Assembly (NCBI GenBank): GCA_964016885.1
Contig: OZ024759.1
Span: 4,216,001 to 4,280,000, forward strand
From: Eledone cirrhosa
Taxonomy: Eukaryota
Direction: 5' to 3'
Length of the DNA: 64,000 bases
Made by a program: the position numbers and the translations under genes. The notes under the pieces were generated by a model. That model saw only the letters and a list, made by a program, of their open reading frames with translations. It had not been told where the DNA came from and ran no database searches. Of this stretch, positions 37,530-49,758 are shown one piece after another (the first letter of the stretch is position 1; each line of letters begins with the position of its first letter).

Positions 37530-39170
37530 ATCATCATCACTGTTTTACGTCCCTTCTTCCATGGTAGTATGGGTTAGACAGGTTGTCCTGTTGTGGGCAG
37601 TGCCAGGTAGGGTGACCTTGTCTTGCTCAGATGGGAACCGATTTAGGCTTGATTTCTACAGCTGGATGCCCTTCCTAACACCAACCTCACAGTGAGTGAT
37701 GGGTGCTTTTTTGTTGTGACACCTCCACGGCCACTTTACAGTGAGTGGGCTGGGGCATATTGTCTATCTGCTTCAGCTTGTACCCAGGGGCTACAACACA
37801 ACCTCCTCTGCTGCACACAGCATTTGATTCCTCTTATGTTCAGTCTCTCTCTCAATTTGTTAATGCTTTACCATTCGCGTATATTACTATTACACGTCCA
37901 TCGGAGCATGCAAGCTTCGTTTCTTTCTAATCTACGCAAGTCTTCTACAGACAGTGCCCAGGTCTCACTACCATGTAGCATTGCTGTTCGTATGCACGCA
38001 TCATACTGTCTGCCTTTCATTTTGAGGGAAAAGCCTTTTGCAGCTAGCAATGGCAGTAGCTCCCTAAACTTCTTCAATCCTGTTACTGTACTTTCAGAAC
38101 ACCCACCTCCGCTGCTCATTTCGTCACCTAGGTGGCAAAAGCAGTCTACTGTTTCTACAGATCTCTCCCAGAGTTTGGTGGTGCTTGTTTCTTTAGTTCT
38201 GCCATAGATTCAGCTATAAGTGTAAGATCATCCGCATATAGGAGTTCCTATGGGCATCAGGTCGTAAACTCCTCTGTTATAGCCTGCATTACTATTATAA
38301 ACAGAAGAAGGTTAAGAACAGAGCCCTGGTGGACACCGACCTGTATGCTAAATTCCCCGCTATAGTCATTGTTAACTCTTTGCTGACTGCTCCCCTATAC
38401 ATGGCTTGTACAGCTTTCACAAGCCACTAATCTACTCTTAGTTTTCTAAGAGCCCACCAGATTATAGCACGGAGCACTCTGTTGAAGAACTTTTCCTTAT
38501 CGACAAGAGCCAGGTAGAGCGGCTTGCTTTTAGCTAGGTACTTTACCTGTAACTGCCTCACAAGGAAGAGAGCATCAGTGGTGCTTTTTCCTGGCACAAG
38601 CCCAAACTGCATCTCACCTAGTTTTACCCACTCCCTGATCAACTGTGCTATGACTCTTTCGATTACTTTCATGACCTGGTCCATCAGCTTCATACCTCTA
38701 TAGTTTATTCTATCTAGTGCATCTACTTTACCCTTGTAGCAGTTGACGATGATGTGCTGCACCAATCATTTGGTATGACACCCTCCAGTATTACCTGGTT
38801 AACAATATGTGTGGTTATTCCTTTATCTACCCATTTGTCAGCTAATAGTATACCTACACCACCCATCCCATTGTCATTTCCCACCCAGAAAAATTTATAG
38901 CACTAACTTTTGCCTACAAGGACTCTAGCGAACTCTCCTCTCCACCTAGTCTCTTGCACACAGCATACGTCAATATCCTTTCACTCTAGCATGTCTATAA
39001 TTTCTCCTTCCCTTCCTTTCATTGTGCTTATGTTGATGCTGCCGACTCAGAGTTTTGGACATTTGCCATCATTTGTGGGAAAAGGTGAATTTTTGCAGGG
39101 GAGTGTGTATGCTTCCTGTCTCTGAATTAAAGCTTTGCATGGGTGCTTGGTAACTCGCGGATTCATATTC
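37530..39170 (-). mobile_element. Degenerate, multiply deleted RTE LINE with bipartite-SINE-type 3' end
   Basis: ORFs 38427-38765 and 37868-38119 match RTE RT; endonuclease remnants ~38820-39050; (GAT)n tail at ~37530. Confidence 0.85.
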
Positions 39171-39199
39171 ATTTATTTATTCGGGTTGTTCCATTTATC

Positions 39200-39911
39200 C
39201 TTCGCTTCTCCATACATAACAGTAATCAAGTATACTTTGGTGCAGGGCTAGAAGGACAGTAGTAGTAATGACAGAGTTTGTTGGGGTTGGTAACGGCTAG
39301 AAGGACAGTAGTAGAAATGGCAGAGTTTGTTGGGGCTGGTAAGGGCTAGAAGGAGAGTAGTAGTAATGGCAGTGTTTGTTGGGGCTGGTAAGGGGTAGAA
39401 GGACAGTAGTAGTAATGACAGAGTTTGTTGGGGCTGGTAAGGGCTAGAAGGACAGTAGTAGTAATGGCAGTGTTTGTTGGGGCTGGTAAGGGCTAGAAGG
39501 ACAGTAGTAGTAATGGCAGAGTTTGTTGGGGCTGGTAATGGCTAGAAGGACAGTAGTAGTAATGGCAGAGTTTGTTGGGGCTGGTAAGGGCTAGAAGGAC
39601 AGTAGTAATAATGGCAGAGTTTGTTGGGGCTGGTAAGGGCTAGAAGGACAGAAGTAATAATGGCAGAGTTTGTTGGGGCTGGTAACGGCTAGAAGGACAG
39701 TAGTAGTAATGGCAAAGTTTGTTGGGGCTGGTAATGGGTAAGGACATGTTGCTGAGGTTTGATTGGTCAAATAGCCAATGGTGGTGAGTGGGAAATTGTG
39801 AGATAGGTAGCCATCATGACATATATCATCACAGGAGATTCGGGGGAAATAAGCAGATATAAGTAGGCATATTAGAAAAGGCAGATATGCAAGAATTTCG
39901 AAGATTGTCAC
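39200..39911 (-). CDS. Candidate signal-peptide/N-terminal exon (VTIFEILAYLPFLICLLISAYFPRISC-DDICHDGY...), interrupted by a 49-bp minisatellite
   Basis: Strong acceptor tcctttctttcaaagctag; hydrophobic leader followed by Cys/N-glycosylation-type sequence; same strand as and upstream of the lectin-EGF exons. Donor and start ATG not identified. Confidence 0.45.
39246..39735. repeat. 49-bp minisatellite, 10 copies
   Basis: Unit starts at 39246, 39295, 39344 ... 39687, exact 49-bp spacing. Confidence 0.95.
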
Positions 39912-40616
39912 CTAGCTTTGAAAGAAAGGAGAGGTAATTGCAGGGGTTAGGGATGAGTTTGTAGAGAAAGACACAATGTCCAACATAGTTTATATCAAAA
40001 CAAGGTCGAAGTATATACATTGTGGAAACAAGTGAATGATAATAATAATAATAATGTAAACAGAACATTTTGAAATTGGGGAAGAGAGATAGCTGTAGAA
40101 TAGAAATAATCTATGGAAGTCTGGGATATAAGTTATATATATATATGTTGTGATGTCACTTGTGCCAAGCTGTATCAGCCATTGCCTTTCCCTTGGACAA
40201 CATATATAGCGTATAATATATATTGTACACATCGTATATATACTATATATATTGTGTATATATACTGTAGACAGTGTATATATGATATATATATAGTATA
40301 TATATATGTAGTGATGTAACTGGTACCAAGCTGTATCAGCTATTACCTTTCCCTTGGACAACATCGGTGGCGTGGAGAGGGTAGACTGGTATACTTGGGT
40401 GACTGCTGGACTTGTGTCTCAGAAGGGAACTTTCTAGTTGCAAATCACATGGTCATTCTTGACCGACAGAGGTCTTCGATATGTTAGGTGTGTATATATA
40501 GATGTGTATTGATGTCCATGTGGGAGTCATTGATACCAATGCTAGGGATGGCTGGTCTTCTATATTACTGTATAACACCAAAGATCTCGATCCTGTGTCA
40601 TTGTCTTAGAGAAGTG

Positions 40617-42205
40617 CAATTGTGTGAGGTCAGCTGTTATCACCTCATCCCAGGTCTTCCTACTTCATATCTTCCATCAATTGTGTGAGGTCAGCTTTTA
40701 TCACCTCATCCCAGGTCTTCCTACTTCATAGCTTCCATCAATTGTGTCAGCTCAGCTATTATCACCTCATCCCAGGTCTTCCTACTCCATAGCTTCCATC
40801 AATTGTGTCAGGTCAGCTGTTATCACCTCATCCCAGGTCTTCCTACTTCATAGCTTCCATCAATTGTGTGAGGTCAGCTATTATCACCTCATCCCAGGTC
40901 TTCCTACTCTATAGCTTCCATCAATTGTGTCAGGTCAGCTTTTATCACCTCATCCTAGGTCTTCCTACTTCATAGCTTCCATCAATTGTGTGAGGTCAGC
41001 TTTTATCACCTCATCCCAGGTCTTCCTACTTCATAGCTTCCATCAATTGTGTCAGGTCAGCTGTTATCAACCCATCCCAGGTCTTCCTTCTCTATAGCTT
41101 CCATCAATTGTGTCAGGTCAGCTTTTATCACCTCATCCCAGGTCTTCCTACTTCATAGCTTCCATCAATTGTGTTAGGTTAGCTTTTATCACCTCATCCC
41201 AAGTCTTCCTTCTCTATAGCTTCCATCAATTGTGTCAGGTCAGCTTTTATCACCTCATCCTAGGTCTTCCTACTTCATAGCTTCCATCAATTGTGTCAGG
41301 TCAGCTTTTATCACCTCATCCCAGGTCTTCCTACTTCATAGCTTCCATCAATTGTGTAAGGTCAGCTTTTATCACCTCCTCCCAGGTCTTCCTACTTCAT
41401 AGCTTCCATCAATTGTGTGAAGTCAGCTTTTATCACCTCAGACTAGGTATTTTTACTCCATAGCTTCCATCAGTTGTGTGAGGTCAGCTTTTATCACCTC
41501 ATCCCAGGTCTTCCTACTCCATAACTTCCATCAATTGTGTGAGGTCAGCTTTTATCACCTCAAACTAGGTCTTCCTACTTCATAGCTTCCATCAATTGTG
41601 TAAGGTCAGCTTTTATCACCTCATCCCAGGTCTTCCTACTCCATAGCTTCAATCAATTGTGTCAGGTCAGCTTTTATCACCTCATCCCAGGTCTTCCTAC
41701 TTCATAGCTTCCATCAATTGTGTCAGGTCAGCTTTTATCACCTCATCCCAGGTCTTCCTACTCTATAGCTTCCATCAATTGTGTAAAGTCAGCTTTTATC
41801 ACCTCATCCCAGGTCTTCCTACTTCATAGCTTCCATCAATTGTGTGAAGTCAGCTTTTATCACCTCAGACTAGGTCTTCGTACTCTATAGCTTCCATCAA
41901 TTGTGTCAGGTCAGCTTTTATCACCTCAAACTAGGTCTTCCTACTCCATAGCTTCCATCAATTGTGTGAGGTCAGCTTTTATCACCTCAAACCAGGTCTT
42001 TTTACTCCATAGGTTCCATCAATTGTGTAAGGTCAGCTTTTATCACCTCATCCCAAGTCTTCCTACTTCATTGCTTCCATCAATTGTGTCAGGTCAGCTT
42101 TTATCACCTCATCCCAGGTCTTCCTACTTCATAGCTTCCATCAATTGTGTCAGGTCAGCTATTATCACCTCATCCCAGGTCTTCCTACTTCATAGCTTCC
42201 ATCAA
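40617..42205. repeat. 61-bp satellite (~26 copies) derived from the RTE ORF C-terminal region
   Basis: Unit CAATTGTGTCAGGTCAGCTTTTATCACCTCATCCCAGGTCTTCCTACTTCATAGCTTCCAT; reverse strand reads RKTWDEVIKADLTQL; flank 40530-40617 continues the RTE sequence. Confidence 0.92.
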
Positions 42206-42308
42206 ATTTATAAAATGCTTGAAAACAACTTAGAAAAAATGTTACTCAAAATCAAAATTTAATCCCAAAGAGAGGAAATTGGAACATTATCCACTGAAAG
42301 TTGCTTAA

Positions 42309-42777
42309 CCCTTTAGTGTCCAAACCAGCCAAAACTGGCCAGAATTCTCTACCTCTTTCTGTTGAAACTGGCTGTAACTGGTCGCTCAGACTGATGTTAA
42401 GGTATTGTTCTCAAAATAAATACTTTCAAAATCTGATAGATTCAATATTATGTGAGATAAAGCCTTTACCATGAAAATATAATAGTATATATAAAATAAT
42501 GTGAATGCTAAAGGGTTAACCCTTTAACATTTAAACCGGCAATAACTGGCCAGAGTTCTGTCCTCTTTTTCTTTTTAAACCACTCGTAACTGGCCACTCA
42601 TACTGATGTTAAAGTATTGTTCTCAATATAAATAATATCAGATTCGATATTATGTGAGGTAAAGACTTTGCCATGGAAATATAATAGTATATATAGAGTA
42701 ATGTAAATGTTATGTGAGATAAAGACATTACCATGGAAATATAATAGTATATATAGAATAATGTAAATGTTAAAGGC
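42309..42777 (+). mobile_element. Two tandem TTAA MITEs sharing one TTAA (monomer 42309-42515; copy 42520-42777 with the 60-bp unit doubled)
   Basis: TTAA|CCCTTTAG...GCTAAAGGG|TTAA|CCCTTTAACATTTAAA...GTTAAAGGC|TTAA. Confidence 0.85.
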
Positions 42778-43570
42778 TTAAACCCTGAAGAAAGGACTTT
42801 TAGGTCCCGAAATATTGGACAGATAAAAGAACAACAACAAAAAAACAAAACAAAGATTACCAGGTAACTTTTACTTTTCCTTACCTCATCTTATTGTCCA
42901 TTTTGCATTGTTTAGCCTTCTATCTCTTTCAACGTTATATTTTATATAGAATGCTTCAAACAAACTACAACATTTAATTATATATCATCATCATCATCTT
43001 CAATTAACGTCCATCTTCCACACTAGCATGTGTTAGACGGGTCCCATTTAGAGGCAAGTGTGGGCTGGATGCTTTTTTGCTGTCTTCTACACGTCCAGTG
43101 TGGGTGAGATATATATATATGTGTATGTATATATCATCACCATTTAGCGTCCATTTTTCCATTCTTGCATGGGTTAGACGGGTCATCCACGCCAGGAGGC
43201 AAGTCTGGCCAGGGTTGGCCATGTGTCGCACCTTGCTCAGGTGAGGTCTGTAAATTTGGTGGGGTACATTACAGCTGGATTCCCTTCCTAACATCAACCA
43301 TGTTTACAGTGTGGAACTGGATGGCTCTGTTATGAGGAGGGACAGGCCAGTTGGCTGCACTGAACTCGTCTCACAGTGGAACTATAATTTTGGGGGCCTG
43401 GTACTGGGTGGTACCACTGTGAGGAGGGGTAGCCAGTCAGCTGCTCCAAACTCATCTCACGAGGTTACCACAGTTTTGGGGCCCTGTACTAGGGGCTATA
43501 GTGATGGTGTAGCTAGTTTATATGAATAAGTAAATCTGACGCAGGTATATTTCTACAGTTTACCAATGTA

Positions 43571-43704
43571 CCGTACTTACTGGCGCCAATGACGACCAAT
43601 TTTTGAAAAAAAATAATAATCAACCTTCGGCCTCCAGGACATATGGTAGATATTTTGGACTTATATTAGGGAAAAAGTAATGTCTTCGATGCTAGGAAAT
43701 ATGG
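43571..43704. mobile_element. pogo-like MITE (short relative of 9185-9757)
   Basis: Shares TTCGGCCTCCAGGA..ATGGTAGAT and degenerate TIRs. Confidence 0.6.
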
Positions 43705-44370
43705 TGAAAATGTAAAATTTCCACTGTTAAATCTATCCCTGCATTTTAAGTATTCTCTATTATCTCATACTGTTACTTTCTTATAAGTCCTATAAGAATG
43801 CAATTTTTGCTAAACTGCCATAGAGCAGACCTCTGAAGTGATAGAAGGATATAATTTATAGAGCATGCTGGAATACCACTGCTTACATTGGAGAGAATTT
43901 CTCTGGACAGAATGTTGATATCTACAGTTTACCAATATAGAAATATAACATTTCCACTGTTAAATCTATCTCTGCTTCTAAAGTATTCTCTATTATCTCA
44001 TACTGTTTCTTTCTTATTTCAGAATATCAGATGACATTGGGATAAATTATTATTTTCAATCTTGGATACATCATCTCTATTTATCATCATTTGAAGACTA
44101 AAACCTTCTAAACAGAACTTATATAACACTGTTTATATAAATCTATAGTTCAATTACTGTGAAATATTTCCTCAAAACTGAGTTTATTTTCTTCACTATA
44201 AGATGGTTTTGTATTTTAACTAAACTTGGATGAAACAGAAGTTTGTATTATCTTCAGATATTAACTGAAATCACAGTTGAGGGAAATATAGAAGAATATT
44301 TTATAAGAAATATAATATAAAAAATATTACAAGAAAAACATCTGTATATTCTGTTGAAGAAGAAATCATT

Positions 44371-45090
44371 ATGCCAAATAAATTGACAAAGAAGATTAAA
44401 TGTGAAACACAATCTAAAGTGTTTAGTATTGCTGGTGAGATGACAAAGGTTAGAGAAAAGAAGCCATATCACTGTGATATCTGTGATAAATCATTCTCTC
44501 AAAGTGGTACCTTAACTACTCACAAACGTATACATACAGGAGACAAGCCATATCACTGTGATATCTGTGGTATATCATTCTCTGGGAAAAGTAGCCTAAC
44601 TACTCACAAATGTATACATGCAGAAGAGAAATCATAATGCATTGACATCAGTGATAAATCCTTCTCTCAAATTTGTGAATTAATGAGAATACAAATACAT
44701 ATCATTGTAACATCTTAGGGAAATCCTTCTCTTTGAATGTTACATTAACTACACACACACATATACATACAGCTGGGAAGCCATATCACTTTGATATATT
44801 TGGTACATCATTCTCTAAATGTTGTGGCTTCACTAGACACCAACATCTACAGGAGAGGAACCATATCACTGTGATGTCTGTGATAAATCCTTCTCTAAAT
44901 GTTGTGGTTTCACTAGACACCAACATATACATACAGGAGAGGAACCATATCACTGTGATGTCTGTGATAAATCCTTCTCTAAATGTTGTGGTTTAATTAG
45001 ACACTAACATATACAGGAGAGGAACTATATCACTGTGATGTCTGTGGTACATCTTTCTCTTATAAAGATTACTTAATGCAACACAATTAG
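44371..45090 (+). pseudogene. Decayed tandem C2H2 zinc-finger gene (two intact fingers, then a stop and about six damaged or frameshifted fingers)
   Basis: [41 protein letters not shown]..., TAA at 44635-44637; likely acceptor tttcttatttcag at ~44022. Confidence 0.85.
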
Positions 45091-45184
45091 ATAAAAACCA
45101 TGTCACTCACCTAAAATAGTGCCATCAATGTTGTTAATATTTTGAATAAACCTGTTTTACTAAGAAATTCTCCTTTCATTTTAT

Positions 45185-46300
45185 GTCTGTACAAACACAG
45201 TCTTCTCTCTTACACACCACTTCAGCTCACTCTTAAACCCAGCTTCTTCTTCAACTTGTCCAAGCTCTCCCTTTCTCTCACACTTACACAACATATCCTA
45301 CAAAGCATGGTTGTTTCATATCTCTCCAGTCTACATAACCTCTGCAGTCACAGCCCTTATTTCGTTACCATGCATCATTGCATATCACCCACATGTGTCA
45401 TACAGTTGTCCTTTTGTACAGAGAGAGAGAAACCTTTTGTGGTCAACTGTTGCAGTAGCTCTCTAAACTTTTTCCATCCTATCCTTATTCTAGCTATACA
45501 TCTTTCAGAGCAGCCCCCTCCACTTCTAATTAACTCACCTAGATTGCAAAATATATTTGTCAGCATACTTTATGAAGGGTCTGTTTGGAAGTGCCTCGCC
45601 TAATAAACAATGGTGCCATAACTGGACTCAGAAACCAATGGTCACACATACATGGTAAGTTAGCTAAGAACGTAGGTTTTACATTGGTTCACTGCGCTGG
45701 AGAAGTAAGCAGCAATCAAGTTTAGGAGACAAGCTCTATCAAATATTTAAAGGGTTCCATAGAAGCAGTTGACAGTTTCTGTTACCTGGGGTATCAAATA
45801 AGCAGTGGAGGTAGGTGTTCTGAAAGTACAGTAACAAGAGTAAGAACAAGATGGCAGAGGTTTAGGGTGTTACTACTGCTGCTAGCTACAAAAGGTTGTT
45901 TCACCAAATTGATGTGTGCATATAAACAGCAATGCTGCATTGCAGTGAGGACCCCAGAAGATTGGATAGAAATGAAGCTTGAATTCTCCGATGGATGTGT
46001 AATATTAATATACATGAAGGGGAAAGTGTAAATAAACTGAGAGAGAACCTGGGCATGAGAGGGAAAAGATACAGTATGCAGGAGAGGAGATTGCTGTGGT
46101 ATGGACATGTGATGTGTATGAAGGTAGAGATGCTGTATAAAAGGTTGACCACTTGAAATTGATGGAAGAGGAAGACCTAGGAATGCTTGGGATGTGGAGG
46201 TAAAAACTGACCTGACACCATTGTACCTCTCAAAGGTGATGACACAGGATTGAAATCTCTGGCATTATACAGTACTGCAGGAGACCTGCATTCCCATGTG
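45185..46300. mobile_element. Two old RTE 3' fragments (minus ~45185-45600, plus ~45770-46300)
   Basis: SGGGCSE..IARIRIGWKKFRELL-type peptides on both strands. Confidence 0.75.
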
Positions 46301-47814
46301 CACGGGTTGACACAACATTTAGTGGTTTGAAGTATGCTCCAATTTTCCTCCCTTTCACATCTTAACACTCCACCCCCTTACCAGCTAAGTACACCACCCT
46401 GACCTACCTCTCCAATCCCCACTCTACATACACACAACCCCACCCCCACTTTCACATCTGATACACCTCTCTTGACCAACCCATGTATACAAGTAAGGAA
46501 AGCTTAACATTATCTCCTCCAATGCTGCTGAAATGGCTAAAAGCCCTCAGGCAACCCTGTAAGGTGGTCATGCAGGTGTCATGACAAAAGAACACTGAGT
46601 CCTCTCTGTTAGGTAACATGACAAAAGAACACCTAACCCTCCCTGCAAGGTAGTCATGCTGATGACATGACAAATAAGCACCCAGTCCACCCTGTGAGGT
46701 AGACATGACAGAAGGCCCCTAGCCCACTCTGTAAAGTAGTCATGCTAGTGGCAAGACTGAAGGGACCCGAAGCACCCTTCAAAGTGATCAAATTGGTGAC
46801 ATGACTTGACACCATTTTTTAGTTTACTTCTAAAATATCTCATTTTTATTTTACTTCTAAACTATCTCATATATTTAAAAATTACTTTTTAAAGATTATT
46901 TAAAATTTTTTAATATTTTTTAATATTTTTTAAATATTTTTAAACATTTTAAATAGTTTAAGTACTTTTTAAGTATTTTATTTTGTTAAAAGGGTTTTTT
47001 GAGTATCTTCTGAGATTAAAAAAAATTTTTTTTTTTATTTTTCCAGAAATTTTTTCCAGAACTTTTAATATTTTAATATTTTTAATATTTTTTAATTATT
47101 TAATATTAGAGTTATAACCAATAACTAATTCTGGCTATATATATCTTTCAACATTTATATCTTCGTCAAAATGGTCTCATACTAACTAATAAATAAACAA
47201 AGCTGGGTTTTTCAGTATCTTCCTAATTTAAAACATTAAAAACATATAAATAATCTTATTAACTCAGTTAATTTAATTACTTACACTAAATATAAACCAG
47301 TATCCCTCATAACTTATTAAAACAATTATCTATAACATGATATAGCCATTTATCCACTCATATATCTATTCTTCTATCTATTGATTCTCCTATTTTCTAC
47401 TTTATATCTATTTATTTTCAATTTATTATTCAATGTCTTTATATATATTTATTTTTTCTATATATCTATTTTTCTATATACTTATAATAGTAAATATTAT
47501 ATTGTATTATATTAGAATTCTAACAATAATTAGTAAATATACGTAACATTAATATAAACGTAATACTTATTTACGTTACATGAGTTCATAAATGTCTTTC
47601 TTCTCTCTATCTCTCTATCTATCTCATAACAGTAATTTTTTTCTCTCTCTTTCTTCTCTTTCTTCCCTATCTTTCCCCAGCGTAATTTAAATAAACGGTT
47701 GTTTTTTCAATTTTTCATACATTCATTTGCATATTCACACATAACTTTGAATTACCCCTAATAAGTTTCCCCTATCCAGCGAATTTCCGACCGTTATTTA
47801 TAAAACAAATTTTG

Positions 47815-47879
47815 TATTTTATCTGATGAAAGAGCACCAAGATTGACTTGGTCGCCCTTGAAATATATATAATAAAATA
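47815..47879 (+). ncRNA. Minimal type I hammerhead ribozyme, copy 1
   Basis: TATTTTAT-CTGATGA-AAGaGCACCAAG attga CTTGGTcGCcCTT-GAAA-TATATA-TA-ATAAAATA; 8-bp stem I; predicted cut after 47871. Confidence 0.75.
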
Positions 47880-49035
47880 AATATGCAAAAGTTCTATTTA
47901 AATTGTTGGGATACAACAAGCAAATATGTTTATAACTGATATAAAGCACTCAACAAGTATTTGGAATAAACATACGATATTAACAATCCTTTTGTATTTT
48001 ATGTACTCAATTATATTATGTACTATATTGATTTATACTTCTCTCTATATGTGAGTATATATGTATATGTGTATATTGACATACATGTACATGCGTTCTA
48101 TGCATTTTTATGAATATATTGACATACATGTACATGCGTTCTATGCATTTTTATGAATATATGTCTGTCTGTATGTATGCATGCGTGACGCGAATCTACC
48201 AATTGGCTGAGGATGCACACACATGTATATATATGTATATGTAAGAATTGTGTGTGTACATGTACATGTATACCCATACAATTTGATTGCAGATAGACAT
48301 TACTAACAGCCATAAATGCATACCAGCTAATCTTATATATTTATATATATATATTAAAAACATTTTTTATAAAAAATATTTTATTTAATGACACAAAGGA
48401 TGGATAACATTAAATTAAAAATTCATTTATGCTTTGTATGTATATATTATATACGTGGTTAGATATGGTGTGTATTTTGTGAGTGTGTGTGTATATATAT
48501 ATTTATGTGTATTTTTGCGTGTGTGTACGTGTTATATGATATGTAGTTCTCTAGCAATATATAGATTTCTTAATGTTTAGATTCCAAGTTTTAATATATT
48601 GATCTCAATTTTTAAACTAAATATCTAATCATAGTTAAACAATGATTAATTTCTCATATTATGTATGTATATTCCATTCATGATTATTAATATTTCTAAT
48701 TTTATTTATTCATTTCATCTCAATTGTTAAGTTAACTTAATATGACATGACTTAATGTGTTCATTCTTTCCCCCTCTCTCTATCTCTATATTTTTCTCTC
48801 TGTCTGGTGTTTTGATATATCTCTCTCGTTTTTCTCTCCTTTTTCTTTTTTCTTGTTTTCTTTCTTTCTTTCTCCCTTTTCTCTCTCTCCGTCCTTTTCC
48901 TTATCTGTAACACAACGACTTATTTTAAAAATACTAATATAAGTAAACAACTCCACTATCCCTGAGTCTTCCAAAAGTAACGGTTGCATTTTGTAAGGGT
49001 ATGTCAATATTTATTTATAAAACTGTTATATATTG

Positions 49036-49100
49036 TATTTTGTCTGATGAAAGCATACCATAATTTAACATGGTATCCTTGAAATATGTATAATGAAATA
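49036..49100 (+). ncRNA. Minimal type I hammerhead ribozyme, copy 2
   Basis: TATTTTGT-CTGATGA-AAGcATACCAT aatttaac ATGGTATcCTT-GAAA-TATGTA-TA-ATGAAATA; predicted cut after 49092. Confidence 0.75.
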
Positions 49101-49168
49101 GATATGGTTTTATAAATATAGTTTCCATTTGTTAATATCGTATAATAAAATAAATATAATTTTATAAA

Positions 49169-49480
49169 TCATCATCACCGTTTTACGTCCGTTCTTCCAT
49201 GCTAGCATGGGTTAGACGGGTTGTCCTGTTGTGGGCAGTGTCTGGTCGGCTGACCATGCCTTGCTCATACAGGAACTGATTTTGGCTTTTCTACAGCCGG
49301 ATGCCCTTCCTAACACCAACCTCATTTACAGTGAGTGTTGGGTGCTTTTTTCCGTGGCGCCTATACGTCCACTTTACAGTGTGGGCTGGGTGCTTTTTTT
49401 GTGTGGCACCTCCACGACCACTTTGCAGTGGGAGGGTGTGGGGTCATATTGTCTATATGCTTCAGCTTGAACCCATGGGA
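49169..49480 (-). mobile_element. RTE-derived bipartite SINE-like element
   Basis: GGTGTTAGGAAGGGCATCCGGCTG plus the RTE tail CCCGTCTAACCCATGCTAGCATGGAAGAACGGACGTAAAAC; similar copies at ~1060-1222, ~28172-28362 and ~42985-43310. Confidence 0.75.
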
Positions 49481-49758
49481 GGTCGGGTACTCTGTATTAC
49501 TGCGTGACGCCAGAGGTCACGGTCGTGTGTCATCGCCTTTGAGAGGTGTGTGTTTATATATATATATATACAAATAAATTATCGAGAATCGGAATCTCGG
49601 CCCATGAAATAATGAAACACAATCAAAGTGCTCAATAGTTTGGATAAACCAGAGCTATAACTAACGTTTAAATACCAACACACTGAGATAATGCTTAAAA
49701 TCATTCGCACAGCCGAAAAAAACGACCAAGAAAATTCGGGTCAGACAAATAATAAATA

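Larger units (their letters stand above)
1259..39911 (-). other. Multi-exon gene (possibly pseudogenizing) for an extracellular F-type lectin (FTP) + multiple EGF-like repeat protein (MEGF/SCARF-like architecture); continues beyond window start
   Basis: Exons 27981-28130, 26719-26862, 25830-26087, 16237-16425, 11367-11501, 9019-9156, 4389-4522 and 1259-1396 are all phase 1 and splice in frame except 4389-4522. A candidate N-terminal exon lies at ~39.2-39.9 kb. Confidence 0.85.

Noticed and set aside
42880-42925. Minus-strand ATG...ATGAG|GTAAGG as start exon for the leader exon
   Set aside because: Splicing to the acceptor at 39911 gives an immediate in-frame TGA.
46810-47600. Possible Penelope RT/GIY-YIG remnant upstream of the hammerheads
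   Set aside because: No convincing motif readable by eye; needs a frameshift-tolerant profile search.
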